Source of the DNA: Alphaproteobacteria bacterium
GTDB taxonomy: Bacteria > Pseudomonadota > Alphaproteobacteria > SP197
Assembly: GCA_965228895.1 (NCBI GenBank)
Contig: OZ245842.1
Coordinates: 32,001 to 96,000, forward strand
Length of the DNA stretch: 64,000 bases
Reading direction: 5' to 3'
Shown: in pieces, positions 46,927 to 56,181 of the stretch
Numbering within the stretch: the first letter of the stretch is position 1
Layout: every line of letters begins with the position of its first letter
Position numbers and translations under genes: made by a program
Notes under the pieces: model-generated
The model's input: only the letters and a program-made list of their open reading frames with translations
What the model was told of the DNA's origin: nothing
Databases searched by the model: none

Positions 46927-47784
46927 ATGCAGGACATCGATTGGAACGATCTACGCTTTGTCCTGGCCGCCGCGCGCTGCCAGTCCTTGGCCAGCGCGGC
47001 ACGCCAACTTGGTGTCAACGAAAGCACGGTCGGGCGCCGTGTCGGCCGACTTGAACAGCGGCTGGGTTCGCGGTTGCTCGAACGCAGCGCCGGTGCGTTG
47101 CATGTTACCGAAGCAGGTGCGGCCGTTGTCGCAAGCGCCGAACGGATGGAACGCGACGTGCAGGGCATGGCGGCGGCGATCTCAGGCGCCGACAGGCTGG
47201 CGGCCGGCATTGTTCGCCTGACGTCGGTGCCGATCGTGGTGAACCGCATCCTGGTGCCCGCGTTGCCGCATCTGCTTGACCGGCATCCCGGCCTGCGGGT
47301 CGACCTGATCGCCGAGCCGCGCACCATGAGCCTGACCAAGCGCGAAGCCGATATCGCCTTGCGTCTGGCGCGCCCGCAAAACGACGTGCGCGCGGTCGCA
47401 CGGCGTGTCGGCGACCTCGCTTATGGGGTCTATGGTCCGGCGGCGCCTCGTAGCGACACGTTGCCGTGGATCACCTACGAAGACGGCATGATGGATCTGC
47501 CCCAATCCCAGTGGATTGCCGAGCAGGTCAAGAACGAGCAAGCCGCAGCGCCAGTGGTCACCGCCAACGATGCCGAGGCGCTCATCCAAGCCGTCGTCGC
47601 GGGGCTCGGCAAATCCGTGTTGCCGAGCGCCATCGCTGATCGCGAACCAGGTCTGGTTCGCCGCGACGGCGGATCTGCCGTCTTGTCACGGGAGCTGTGG
47701 CTTGTCGTGCACCCGGAAATCAGACACCTTACGCGGATCCGTGTCGTCATGGATTGGCTGATCGCGACAATCGCCGAGCTGTGA
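46927..47784 (+). CDS. LysR-family regulator
   Basis: DWNDLRFVLA...SLASAARQLGV..STV.RR; READIALR. Confidence 0.92.
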   Translation: MQDIDWNDLRFVLAAARCQSLASAARQLGVNESTVGRRVGRLEQRLGSRLLERSAGALHVTEAGAAVVASAERMERDVQGMAAAISGADRLAAGIVRLTSVPIVVNRILVPALPHLLDRHPGLRVDLIAEPRTMSLTKREADIALRLARPQNDVRAVARRVGDLAYGVYGPAAPRSDTLPWITYEDGMMDLPQSQWIAEQVKNEQAAAPVVTANDAEALIQAVVAGLGKSVLPSAIADREPGLVRRDGGSAVLSRELWLVVHPEIRHLTRIRVVMDWLIATIAEL

Positions 47785-47813
47785 AGCGGACGGCTTGGCG
47801 TCCCTCAGAGCGT

Positions 47814-48941
47814 TCAGCGCAACTGTCTGGCGGCGGCGGCATAGCCGCCGCCGGCGCCATCGACGAAGTGCATGTGATCGGCGCTTAACGCCGATGGGAC
47901 CACGCAGGTCATGAGCGCCTCGTCTTGCGTATGCAGGCCGTAGCGAACCGTACCGTCGGCCGAAGCGCGATCCAACAGATGACGCAGGGCGGTGATCGTC
48001 TCATCGGAGCAATCGACGGTCATCATGAGGGCGTCGTCGAACTTGCGGAAATCCGTGTTCTCAGCGATTTCGCGGCGATAGGTGTTCGGGTCGAACCGGC
48101 CGACACGCCGGCCAAGCTTGAACAGGGTCCACATCAAGCCAGCAGTGATGATGACGCGTATCCGCCGCCGCCAGGTCGATAACCCGTTATGGGCCACCTG
48201 CGACTGCAGCGTGATCGCGGTCGACGGCCAGCGCACATCGGGACCCGCCTCGGGAACCGGATTGAGCGAACCGGCCTGTTCCAGAACCGCGATAACGTCC
48301 GCTGTCACCGCGCGGAACCGGTCATCACCAGATTCTGCCGCTGGTTTGACGATAAGCGAGACGATTTGGCCTTGGCGCGAGCGGATAGGGCCCCACTGAC
48401 AGGACAGCCCGGTCAGGTCGGGCTCGCCGGCGCCGTGAGGTCGAGGGACGGTCACGTTGCCGCTCTTCAGACGCGCCTCCAGCCACTCCAAACCGCCGCC
48501 GGTGAACATCGCGTAGCGCACGTGATCGGAGGCTTGCCAGAATGCGACCCGCACATCTGTGCCGTTCTGGCGTGCCTTGGTGACGGGTTCCAGACCAACC
48601 CTCAACCGAAGCCCGACATCGCGCTCGACCCAAGCTGCGACGCGCGCAAGGGCGTCTGCTGCGGCTGCCGCTTGGTTTGCGCGCAGGGCAAAGCGCGCGC
48701 CGTCGCCGCCGAAGACGAACAGGGAGAGGTCGCCGTCCAAGGCGTTGGAAAGCGCACTGATGGTCGCCGCGCCGGCCAGATTGACGGCTTTGTAGCGGCC
48801 GGACTGTATGGCACCGGTCGAATCGACGACATCGGAGACGCCGATGTGCCAGTCGGCGGGCAGCGGGACAAACTTGGCGGGATCGGCGACCTGACCGAAC
48901 TCACCCAGCACCGGAATCGTCTCAACCCACGTGTTTGTCAA
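47814..48941 (-). CDS. DUF3095-family protein (cyclase-like fold)
   Basis: DVVDST.AI..GRYKAVN, FGGDGA, L.GLSC.W, HFVDG..GGYA; GGAG then TTG 48941. Confidence 0.82.
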   Translation of the reverse strand: MTNTWVETIPVLGEFGQVADPAKFVPLPADWHIGVSDVVDSTGAIQSGRYKAVNLAGAATISALSNALDGDLSLFVFGGDGARFALRANQAAAAADALARVAAWVERDVGLRLRVGLEPVTKARQNGTDVRVAFWQASDHVRYAMFTGGGLEWLEARLKSGNVTVPRPHGAGEPDLTGLSCQWGPIRSRQGQIVSLIVKPAAESGDDRFRAVTADVIAVLEQAGSLNPVPEAGPDVRWPSTAITLQSQVAHNGLSTWRRRIRVIITAGLMWTLFKLGRRVGRFDPNTYRREIAENTDFRKFDDALMMTVDCSDETITALRHLLDRASADGTVRYGLHTQDEALMTCVVPSALSADHMHFVDGAGGGYAAAARQLR

Positions 48942-49092
48942 AAACAAATCTCCCAGAAACAGGCCCCCCAGAAACACGCCACAGAGACCATACGCGATGA
49001 CGTGCGGGGTCGTCGGGTAGAAGATGACTTGACAGACTCTACGCCGTAGAGGAGCATCGACTCTCAACCCCGACCGCCGCAGGAGGCCCGTC

Positions 49093-50439
49093 ATGTCTTT
49101 GTTGTCCCAATCTCCCTCAACGATGACTCGACGCGGTTTTCTTGCGGCGGCTTCGGTCGGCGCCATGGTGCCGTTCGCGGTGCGCGCGCAACTGCCGAGC
49201 GATCCCGATGTCGTCGTGATCGGCGCCGGCGCCGCCGGTATTGCCGCGGCGCACGCCTTGATCGAGCAGGGGAAATCCGTGGTCGTGATCGAGGCCGCCG
49301 ACCGGGTTGGCGGGCGCGCCTGGACCGAGAGCGAGACCTTCGGCATTCCGTTCGATCATGGCTGCTCGTGGATCACCTCGGGCAACGTCAATCCGCACAC
49401 GCCATTGGCCGAGAGCTATGGTTTCGAAACACTGAATCATGAAGGCGCCGGCGAGGCGCTCTATGTCGGTGACCGCGAGGCCAACGACCAGGAGTGGGCG
49501 CAGTACGACCGTGCCTGGGGCGCGATCACCGGCGCCTTGGCCGAGGCTGGCCAGGAGGGCATCGACGTTCCGGCGTCGACGGTTCTGCCGGACCCCATGC
49601 CGTTTTCAGGCACGTCGCAGAGCTGGATGGTCATGGACATGGCCGTCGACTTCAAGGATCTCTCGACCAGGGACTATTGGTCGGGCGCCGACACCGCGCC
49701 CAACTATATGGTGAAAGACGGTTATGGCGCGCTGATCAAGCGACACGCCGATGGTCTGCCGATCCAACTCAACACGGCGGCCACCCGGGTTCAATGGGGT
49801 GGTCCAGGCGTCACCGTCGAGACGCCATCGGGCACGATCAAGGCCAAGGCCTGCGTCGTCACGGTCTCGACAGGTGTGCTGGCGGCCGAATCGATCACCT
49901 TTGACCCACCGCTTCCGGATTGGAAACAACAGGCGATTCAAGACGTGCCGATGGGTCTCCTGACCAAGGTGGCCTTGCAGTTCGACGATACCCGCCTCGA
50001 CTTCCGGCCCAACGAATGGCTCACCTATCTGGTCGATGAAGACGTGCCGACGGAGGCCTGTTTCTTCGTGACCTGGCCGTTCGACTACAACGTCATGATC
50101 GGCTTTGTCGGCGGCGATTTCGCCTGGGAGCTGGCGGAAGCCGGCAACGATGCGGCCGTCGACTTCGCACTGGGCGAGGTGACGACCATGGTCGGCAACG
50201 AGGCCGCGGACCGTTTCGTCAAAGGCCGCATGACCGGCTGGGCGACCAACCCCCTTATCCTGGGCGGTTATGCGGCACCGCGTCCGGGCCGGGCCGACGC
50301 CCGGTTCGACCTCGGCCGCTCCCTCGACGATCGCGTGTTTTTTGCCGGCGAAGCGGTCGCCGGCGCCTATGTCGCGACCGCCGGTGGCGCGTCCAAGAGC
50401 GGAGCCAAGGTCGGCAACGAGGTCGCTGCCGTCGTCTAG
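49093..50439 (+). CDS. Tat-exported flavin monoamine oxidase family protein
   Basis: TRRGFL; GAGAAG, RVGGR, FAGEA. Confidence 0.9.
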   Translation: MSLLSQSPSTMTRRGFLAAASVGAMVPFAVRAQLPSDPDVVVIGAGAAGIAAAHALIEQGKSVVVIEAADRVGGRAWTESETFGIPFDHGCSWITSGNVNPHTPLAESYGFETLNHEGAGEALYVGDREANDQEWAQYDRAWGAITGALAEAGQEGIDVPASTVLPDPMPFSGTSQSWMVMDMAVDFKDLSTRDYWSGADTAPNYMVKDGYGALIKRHADGLPIQLNTAATRVQWGGPGVTVETPSGTIKAKACVVTVSTGVLAAESITFDPPLPDWKQQAIQDVPMGLLTKVALQFDDTRLDFRPNEWLTYLVDEDVPTEACFFVTWPFDYNVMIGFVGGDFAWELAEAGNDAAVDFALGEVTTMVGNEAADRFVKGRMTGWATNPLILGGYAAPRPGRADARFDLGRSLDDRVFFAGEAVAGAYVATAGGASKSGAKVGNEVAAVV

Positions 50440-50451
50440 AGCGGATCCCGG

Positions 50452-51012
50452 CTAGATGGAGCCATAACGCAGGAAATAGACCCGCGTGTCGCCATAACGG
50501 CGTTCGTCGATGATCTGAAACCCGGCCGGCGGGCTGAAAAACGCTTTCTCGGCTGCCTCGACGACGACAAGGGCATCGTCGGCAAGCCAGCCGCCGTCGC
50601 GCAGGGCCTCCAGCGTTGGCCGGGCATCGTCGGATCGGTAGGGCGGATCGAGGAACGCCAGGTCGACGGGGTGGCGCGGCCGTGGCATCGGCCGGGTGGC
50701 GTCGTTCATCAGCAGCGTCACGTTGCCAATCTCGTCACATGTCTCCACGTTGCGCCGCGCCACGTCCAAAGCTGTGCGGTTGTTGTCGACCAGCACCGCA
50801 TGGGCCGCACCGCGCGACAACGCTTCGAGCGCCAGCGCGCCGGTGCCGCAGAAGATGTCGGCGACGCGTGCGCCATCCAGACCCCGCCATGTCAGACCGT
50901 GTTCGAGAATATTGAAGACGGCTTCGCGCACCCTGTCGCTGGTCGGCCGGGTGTCGCGGCCCTCCGGTGCGGCGAGCCGGCGACCCTTATGGCTTCCGGC
51001 GACGATACGCAT
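50452..51012 (-). CDS. rsmD: 16S rRNA m2G966 methyltransferase
   Basis: MRIVAG..KGR, RPTSDRVRE, DPPY. Confidence 0.95.
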   Translation of the reverse strand: MRIVAGSHKGRRLAAPEGRDTRPTSDRVREAVFNILEHGLTWRGLDGARVADIFCGTGALALEALSRGAAHAVLVDNNRTALDVARRNVETCDEIGNVTLLMNDATRPMPRPRHPVDLAFLDPPYRSDDARPTLEALRDGGWLADDALVVVEAAEKAFFSPPAGFQIIDERRYGDTRVYFLRYGSI

Positions 51013-51739
51013 CGATACGCTCGTGCCACTGGGTGCCCAGTTGCTCGCGCAGGGCCTTGGCCGGCACCTCGTCGAAACCGCCCTTGGGCAGGCTGCCCAG
51101 TTGGAACGGACCGTAGGCGGTTCTGAGCAGCCGATTGACCTTCAGACCCAGCGCCTCCATGACGCGCCGGACTTCGCGGTTCTTGCCCTCGCGCAAGGTG
51201 ACGGTCAGCCACGCGTTGGCGCCTTGCTGGCTGTCGATCTTGGCCTCGATCGGACCATAGGTGACGCCCTCGACCGTCATGCCCTTGGCCAGTTTCTTCA
51301 CCATGGCCGCCGTCGGCGTGCCGAACACCCGCACGCGGTAGCGCCTGGCCCAGCCGGTCGCAGGCAGTTCCAGCCAGCGCGCGAGATCGCCGTCATTGGT
51401 CAAGAGCAACAGACCTTCGGACGCCAGATCGAGCCGGCCGACGGTCATCACGTGCCCGATTTTGGGCGGGATCAGATCGAACACGGTCCTGCGGTTTTTC
51501 TCGTCACTGTGGGTGACGACGACGCCCTCGGGCTTGTGCAGGCGCCAGACCCGGATCGCCGGAATGGCCGGGATCGCCTCGCCGTCCAACAGGATGACAT
51601 CGTCGGGCCCGACGTTCAGCGCCGGCGACGTCAGCACGTCGCCGTTCACGGTCACGCGCCCATCGGCGATGAGCCGTTCGGCACCGCGCCTCGACGCCAC
51701 GCCGACCCGGGCCAGCCGCTTGGCGATCCGCTCGGTCAT
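50987..51739 (-). CDS. rluB: RsuA/RluB-family pseudouridine synthase
   Basis: S4 domain, GRLD, EGKNREVRR. Confidence 0.88.
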   Translation of the reverse strand: MTERIAKRLARVGVASRRGAERLIADGRVTVNGDVLTSPALNVGPDDVILLDGEAIPAIPAIRVWRLHKPEGVVVTHSDEKNRRTVFDLIPPKIGHVMTVGRLDLASEGLLLLTNDGDLARWLELPATGWARRYRVRVFGTPTAAMVKKLAKGMTVEGVTYGPIEAKIDSQQGANAWLTVTLREGKNREVRRVMEALGLKVNRLLRTAYGPFQLGSLPKGGFDEVPAKALREQLGTQWHERIDAYRRRKP

Positions 51740-51757
51740 GATGTCGTGCCGGCATCA

Positions 51758-51826
51758 CCGGCCCGCTCCCCCGCCCGGCCACCCATGGCAGCATCCTCGG
51801 GGTGGTCGGGAGGGGGAGCGGGCTGG
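51758..51826 (+). repeat. 69-bp palindromic intergenic repeat, copy 1
   Basis: 27-bp arms around ATGGCAGCATCCTCG; near-identical to copies at 56891 and 60018. Confidence 0.93.
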
Positions 51827-51845
51827 CGCAGAACAATCAAGCGCA

Positions 51846-52577
51846 TCAAACCTTGCAGGCGTCGACGAAGGCGGCGAAGAGTTTCCGGTCGCCGTCGCTG
51901 ATCATGTACTCGGGGTGCCACTGCACGCCCAAACAGAAGCGGTAACGCGGGTCCTCGATGCCTTCGATGACGCCGTCTTCGGCGACCGCGTCGACGACGA
52001 CGCCGTCGGGCACAGTGTCGGCCGCCTGATGGTGGGCGCTGTTGACCGGCAGTTCGTCGGCCTCGACGATTTTGTGTAAGAGGCTGCCGGCCGTCACCTT
52101 GACCGTATGGCCGGCTTCCGTGCGCGGGTTGGGCTGTTCATGCGCCAGGGCATCCGGGATCGCGTCGGGGATATGCTGGATCAGCGTGCCGCCCAGAACC
52201 ACATGCAACAATTGCTGGCCGCCGCAGATGCCGAACACCGGCATGTCGCGTTTCAGCGCGCCTTCGGTCGCCGCCCACTCGAACTCGGTGCGCCGGTCTT
52301 TGGTGACCACGGTGTCATGACGTTCGCCGGCGCCGAACAGACTGGGGTCGACGTCGAACGCGCCGCCGGTGACGATCAACCCGTCAAGCCCATCCAGATA
52401 AGCCTCGGCCTCGCCGACCTCGTGGCTCAGCGCGACCGGCAGGCCGCCGGCGTCGACCACCGAACCCATGTAGTTCTCGCGGATCGCATACCACGGCATG
52501 TTGGAATAGCCGCCGGGATCCTCCGAATCGAGCGTCAGCCCGATGATCGGCCGGCGATGCTGCTTGGCTGTTGTCAT
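51846..52577 (-). CDS. Peptidase C26 / PuuD-like gamma-glutamyl hydrolase
   Basis: GICGG.Q, VNSAHHQA, GVQWHPE. Confidence 0.92.
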   Translation of the reverse strand: MTTAKQHRRPIIGLTLDSEDPGGYSNMPWYAIRENYMGSVVDAGGLPVALSHEVGEAEAYLDGLDGLIVTGGAFDVDPSLFGAGERHDTVVTKDRRTEFEWAATEGALKRDMPVFGICGGQQLLHVVLGGTLIQHIPDAIPDALAHEQPNPRTEAGHTVKVTAGSLLHKIVEADELPVNSAHHQAADTVPDGVVVDAVAEDGVIEGIEDPRYRFCLGVQWHPEYMISDGDRKLFAAFVDACKV

Positions 52578-52626
52578 GGCCAAGGATGTAGCGACCGCAG
52601 GCCGGCCATGCAACATTTGCCGGATT

Positions 52627-53085
52627 ATGGCGGATACCAGTGGTTTCATGGAACGCGCGTTTGCCGAGGCCGAAGCGGCGGCCGCGCGTGGCGAGGTGCC
52701 GGTCGGCGCGGTGATCGTGCAGGACGGGCGGGTGCTCGCCGCCGCCGGCAACCGCACGGAGGAAACAAACGATCCGACCGCGCACGCCGAGCTGATCGCC
52801 ATCCGCGAGGCCTGCGCCGCCATGGGCGCGCCACGCCTGCCCGACGCCGACCTCTACGTGACGCTGGAACCGTGCGCCATGTGCGCCCAGGCCATCGCCT
52901 TCGCCCGCCTGCGCCGGCTCTATTACGGCGCGGCGGACCCGAAGGGCGGCGGCGTCGCCCACGGCGCCCGCGTCTTCAGCCACCCGACCTGCCACCACAA
53001 ACCGGAGATCTACGACGGCATCGACGGCGAGCGCGCGGCGTCGTTGTTGAAACGGTTCTTTGAGGGGCTCAGGGAGCGGAATTAG
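52627..53085 (+). CDS. tadA: tRNA adenosine deaminase
   Basis: EVPVGAV, DPTAHAE, TLEPC.MC. Confidence 0.92.
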   Translation: MADTSGFMERAFAEAEAAAARGEVPVGAVIVQDGRVLAAAGNRTEETNDPTAHAELIAIREACAAMGAPRLPDADLYVTLEPCAMCAQAIAFARLRRLYYGAADPKGGGVAHGARVFSHPTCHHKPEIYDGIDGERAASLLKRFFEGLRERN

Positions 53086-53184
53086 GCGCGGCTGCGCCTA
53101 CGTGCCTGCAACCCATTATAGATACACCTTCAGGGTACAGTCGTCTTGGTTTGAGTAAGGCAGCGCCTCATATAGAATTGGTGT

Positions 53185-54315
53185 ATGCAACGTTTACTTG
53201 CCATTGCCATCGCGTGCGCCTTCCTGGCGCTGCCAGTTCGTGCCGACTTCGACGATGGAGTCGATGCGCTTGACCGCGGCGACTACGAAACAGCCTTTAA
53301 TGAGTGGGCACCTCTGGCGGAGGAAGGCAACGTCGTCGCCCAATACAACATTGGCATATTGTACGCCGAAGGTCTGGGTATGCCACAAGACTACGACAAG
53401 GCCTTGATGTGGTTTCGCCGTGCCGCCGAGAGTGGCTACGCAAAGGCTCAACACGATCTCGGCGTCATGTATCGGGATGGCCTTGGTATCCCTGAGGACT
53501 ACGAAAACGCTGCGAAGTGGATTGGGCTCGCAGCTGATCAAGGGCACGTCCGCGCCTGGTACACTCTGGGTGTCCTCTATCGTGATGACGACGGCGTTGG
53601 GAATGACTCTCGAGCGGCTGAACGACTGTTCCGTCTTGCAGCAGAAGAAGGGTTTGCTGAGGCTCAAGTGGCGCTTGGTGCCCTGTATTCTGATGGTCTC
53701 GGCGTGCCACAGGACTATGAGCAAGCAATTCACTGGTTCAGTCTTGCCGCTGATCAGGACGATGCAATGGCCCAACACAATCTAGGTGTCCTGTACTATC
53801 GCGGTCAGGGCGTGCAGCAGAACGCGTCAGAAGCGGCAGAGTGGTTCGCTCTTGCCGCTGATCAGGGCCATGGTAAGGCCCAGTTCAACCTGGGTTTGCT
53901 CTTTCTGGATGGTGTCGGCGTTCCGAAGAACGTGGATCGCGCAATTGAGTTATGGCGCCAATCCGCCGCGCAGGAGATTGCCGTCGCCCAGTACAATCTG
54001 GCTGTTCTGTACGACTTAGGGGAAGAGACTCCGCCAGACTATGCTGAGGCTCTGCGTCTGTATCGGCTAGCTGCAGAGCAGGGCCTTGCCGAAGCCCAGT
54101 ACAATTTGGGCGTCATGTATGTCAGAGGGCACGGTGTTCCGAAAGACTATGTCGTTGCACTGATGTGGATTTCTCTCGCCGCCATGCAGGGCGATGCCGA
54201 TGGACGCAGTGCGAGTGAACAGCTGGCACAGCAGATGATGGCAGCAGAGGTCGAAGAAGCGGAGCGTCTTGTCGATGAGTGGCTAGCAGCGCACCCGGGC
54301 CTCGTCGCCCCGTGA
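53185..54315 (+). CDS. Secreted Sel1-like repeat protein
   Basis: Signal peptide; repeated AQYNLG.MY..G.GVP.D...A..W...AAEQG. Confidence 0.93.
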   Translation: MQRLLAIAIACAFLALPVRADFDDGVDALDRGDYETAFNEWAPLAEEGNVVAQYNIGILYAEGLGMPQDYDKALMWFRRAAESGYAKAQHDLGVMYRDGLGIPEDYENAAKWIGLAADQGHVRAWYTLGVLYRDDDGVGNDSRAAERLFRLAAEEGFAEAQVALGALYSDGLGVPQDYEQAIHWFSLAADQDDAMAQHNLGVLYYRGQGVQQNASEAAEWFALAADQGHGKAQFNLGLLFLDGVGVPKNVDRAIELWRQSAAQEIAVAQYNLAVLYDLGEETPPDYAEALRLYRLAAEQGLAEAQYNLGVMYVRGHGVPKDYVVALMWISLAAMQGDADGRSASEQLAQQMMAAEVEEAERLVDEWLAAHPGLVAP

Positions 54316-54316
54316 T

Positions 54317-55513
54317 GTGATGTTGGGTTGCCGCTCGTTGCTCGGCCAGCCATTGGGCTTGCGCATCCTGTGGCAACCGCTACTGACGATTTTTGTTCTG
54401 TTTCTGGCAACGCCCGCACAAGCCGACAAGCAGGATGGTTTCGATGCCTTCTTTGACGGCGACTATGCGACGGCGTACGAGGAACTGCTGCCCCATGCCG
54501 AGGAGGGCGATGCCAAAGCACAGGCCATGATCGGCTATATGTTCCACATGCGTCACATCCTGCCGAGCTACGAGGGTCTTCTGATGACTGTCGTCCCGAC
54601 GGACTATGACGCTGCAGCGATGTGGTATCGCCGCGCGGCCGATCAAGGTCAGAGAGCCGCGCAGTTCTTCCTGGGAACGCTCTACCTCTGGGGCAATGGT
54701 GTTGCGCAGGACTATGGGGAGGCCGCGCGGCTGTTTCGTTTGTCCGCTGAACAGGATGTCCGCTGGGCCCAGCACGAACTAGGTGACATCTACGCAGGCG
54801 GATTGGGCGTTCCGCGCGATATCGACGAAGCCGTTTCCTGGTATCGCCTGGCAGCGGACCAGAACCATACGCCGTCACTGACTGCGTTGGGTTTGCTCTA
54901 TCTCGACGGTGACGGTGTCGCGATGGACGCATACTCCGCGTTCGACTTTTTGCATCGAGCAGCCGAGGCTGGCGACGAAGTTGCTCAGTATCGTCTGGGA
55001 CTCATACTCATGGAGGGTGAGGGCGCGTCGGCGGACCTGTCGGCCGCGGCCAACTGGTTCCTTGCCGCCGCCGAGCAGCGTCACCGTGACGCCATGTATC
55101 AACTCGGCCTTCTCTACTACGACGGGCGCGGTGTCGCGAAGGACCTCGCGGCAGCCGCAACGTGGTATTACGCTGCGATGCGGTCGGGCCACGAGGACGC
55201 AAAGGCGCGTTATGCCCGCATGCGCCTCGACGGCAAAGGCGTGTCGCTGAACTTCTGTGAAGCGAGGGACCTGAGTAGGAAACTCGCGAACCGTGACAAC
55301 GCGACCGCGCAGCTCAACATCGGTCTTGTCTATCTGCACGGTTGGTGCGTGCTGCCCAGCCTGACCGACGCCTACATGTGGCTAAGCCTTGCCGCCCAGC
55401 AGGGCGAAGAGGCAGCGCCCGACTGGCTCGGCCTCGCGATCGACATGATGACGCCTGAGCAAATCGACGAGGGCGAACGACTGGTGCAGAATTGGTTGAC
55501 CCGCTACGACTGA
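54317..55513 (+). CDS. Second secreted Sel1-like repeat protein
   Basis: Same repeat pattern; start uncertain. Confidence 0.9.
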   Translation: MMLGCRSLLGQPLGLRILWQPLLTIFVLFLATPAQADKQDGFDAFFDGDYATAYEELLPHAEEGDAKAQAMIGYMFHMRHILPSYEGLLMTVVPTDYDAAAMWYRRAADQGQRAAQFFLGTLYLWGNGVAQDYGEAARLFRLSAEQDVRWAQHELGDIYAGGLGVPRDIDEAVSWYRLAADQNHTPSLTALGLLYLDGDGVAMDAYSAFDFLHRAAEAGDEVAQYRLGLILMEGEGASADLSAAANWFLAAAEQRHRDAMYQLGLLYYDGRGVAKDLAAAATWYYAAMRSGHEDAKARYARMRLDGKGVSLNFCEARDLSRKLANRDNATAQLNIGLVYLHGWCVLPSLTDAYMWLSLAAQQGEEAAPDWLGLAIDMMTPEQIDEGERLVQNWLTRYD

Positions 55514-55528
55514 TAACGGATCTGGCAC

Positions 55529-55918
55529 TCAGGCCGTAATCCCCTCCAACAGCGGCGCTTCGGTGATGATGAAGAGGTGTTGGGCGCTGGTGTCGCGGAT
55601 CGAACCGACTTCGATGATGCGCACCTTGTGGGTGCCCATGTCGACCTCGCCGACGACGCGAATGGCAATGAAATCCGCCCGCATCTGGAAACACATACCG
55701 GTCGCCGCAAAGACCTTGCGGGCGGCGGCCGGGCCATGCTTCTTCTGCTCGGCCAGGACCTGGTGGGCGCTCGCTTCGTCCAAGCAGGCCGCGATCAACG
55801 TGTCGTGGTTTGGCATGCCGACATAGAGCGGCTCGAAGGTCGGTGTTTCCTGGGCGCTGGCCGATGAAAAGGCCGCGGAGAGGAAGAGCGCCGTCAGCGC
55901 GATGAGGACATATCGCAT
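55529..55918 (-). CDS. Hypothetical secreted protein
   Basis: AAGGAGGT RBS; signal peptide ending ASA; two Cys. Confidence 0.8.
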   Translation of the reverse strand: MRYVLIALTALFLSAAFSSASAQETPTFEPLYVGMPNHDTLIAACLDEASAHQVLAEQKKHGPAAARKVFAATGMCFQMRADFIAIRVVGEVDMGTHKVRIIEVGSIRDTSAQHLFIITEAPLLEGITA

Positions 55919-56011
55919 GGCTACCTCCTTTCGTCTGGCCCGTCAGCCGCCGTTTGCTCGCAGGGCCGGCGGGCGATGGTGCGCTGTGCAGCGCGAGAAC
56001 GCGGCGCGGCA

Positions 56012-56026
56012 TGCTGCAGTGCAGCA
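56012..56026. promoter_or_regulatory. PhaR/AniA-like palindrome
   Basis: TGCTGCA-G-TGCAGCA (contains CTGC-N3-GCAG). Confidence 0.55.
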
Positions 56027-56116
56027 CCCATTCTTGGTCGTGGTGTCCCATTTGCTGAGCCAATGTTCAGCCCTGGGACAGATGGAAACCCGTGCGATAT
56101 CCATGGGGTGGAACGG

Positions 56117-56132
56117 CGCAAGTTTCGTGCCA
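56117..56132 (-). promoter_or_regulatory. Sigma-54 -24/-12 promoter
   Basis: Minus strand TGGCACG-AAAC-TTGCG. Confidence 0.65.
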
Positions 56133-56181
56133 GCATCCGCCGCTAACGTTTGTTAACCAAATCCGATCGGCGAGAGGAAAC

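Noticed and set aside
55943-56104. Cys-rich 53-aa minus-strand uORF starting near the predicted sigma-54 TSS
   Set aside because: Several of the Cys codons arise from the TGC/GCA palindromes; no independent coding evidence.
56143-56157. CtrA-like CTAA...TTAAC
   Set aside because: Spacer is 6 nt rather than 7, with a mismatch.
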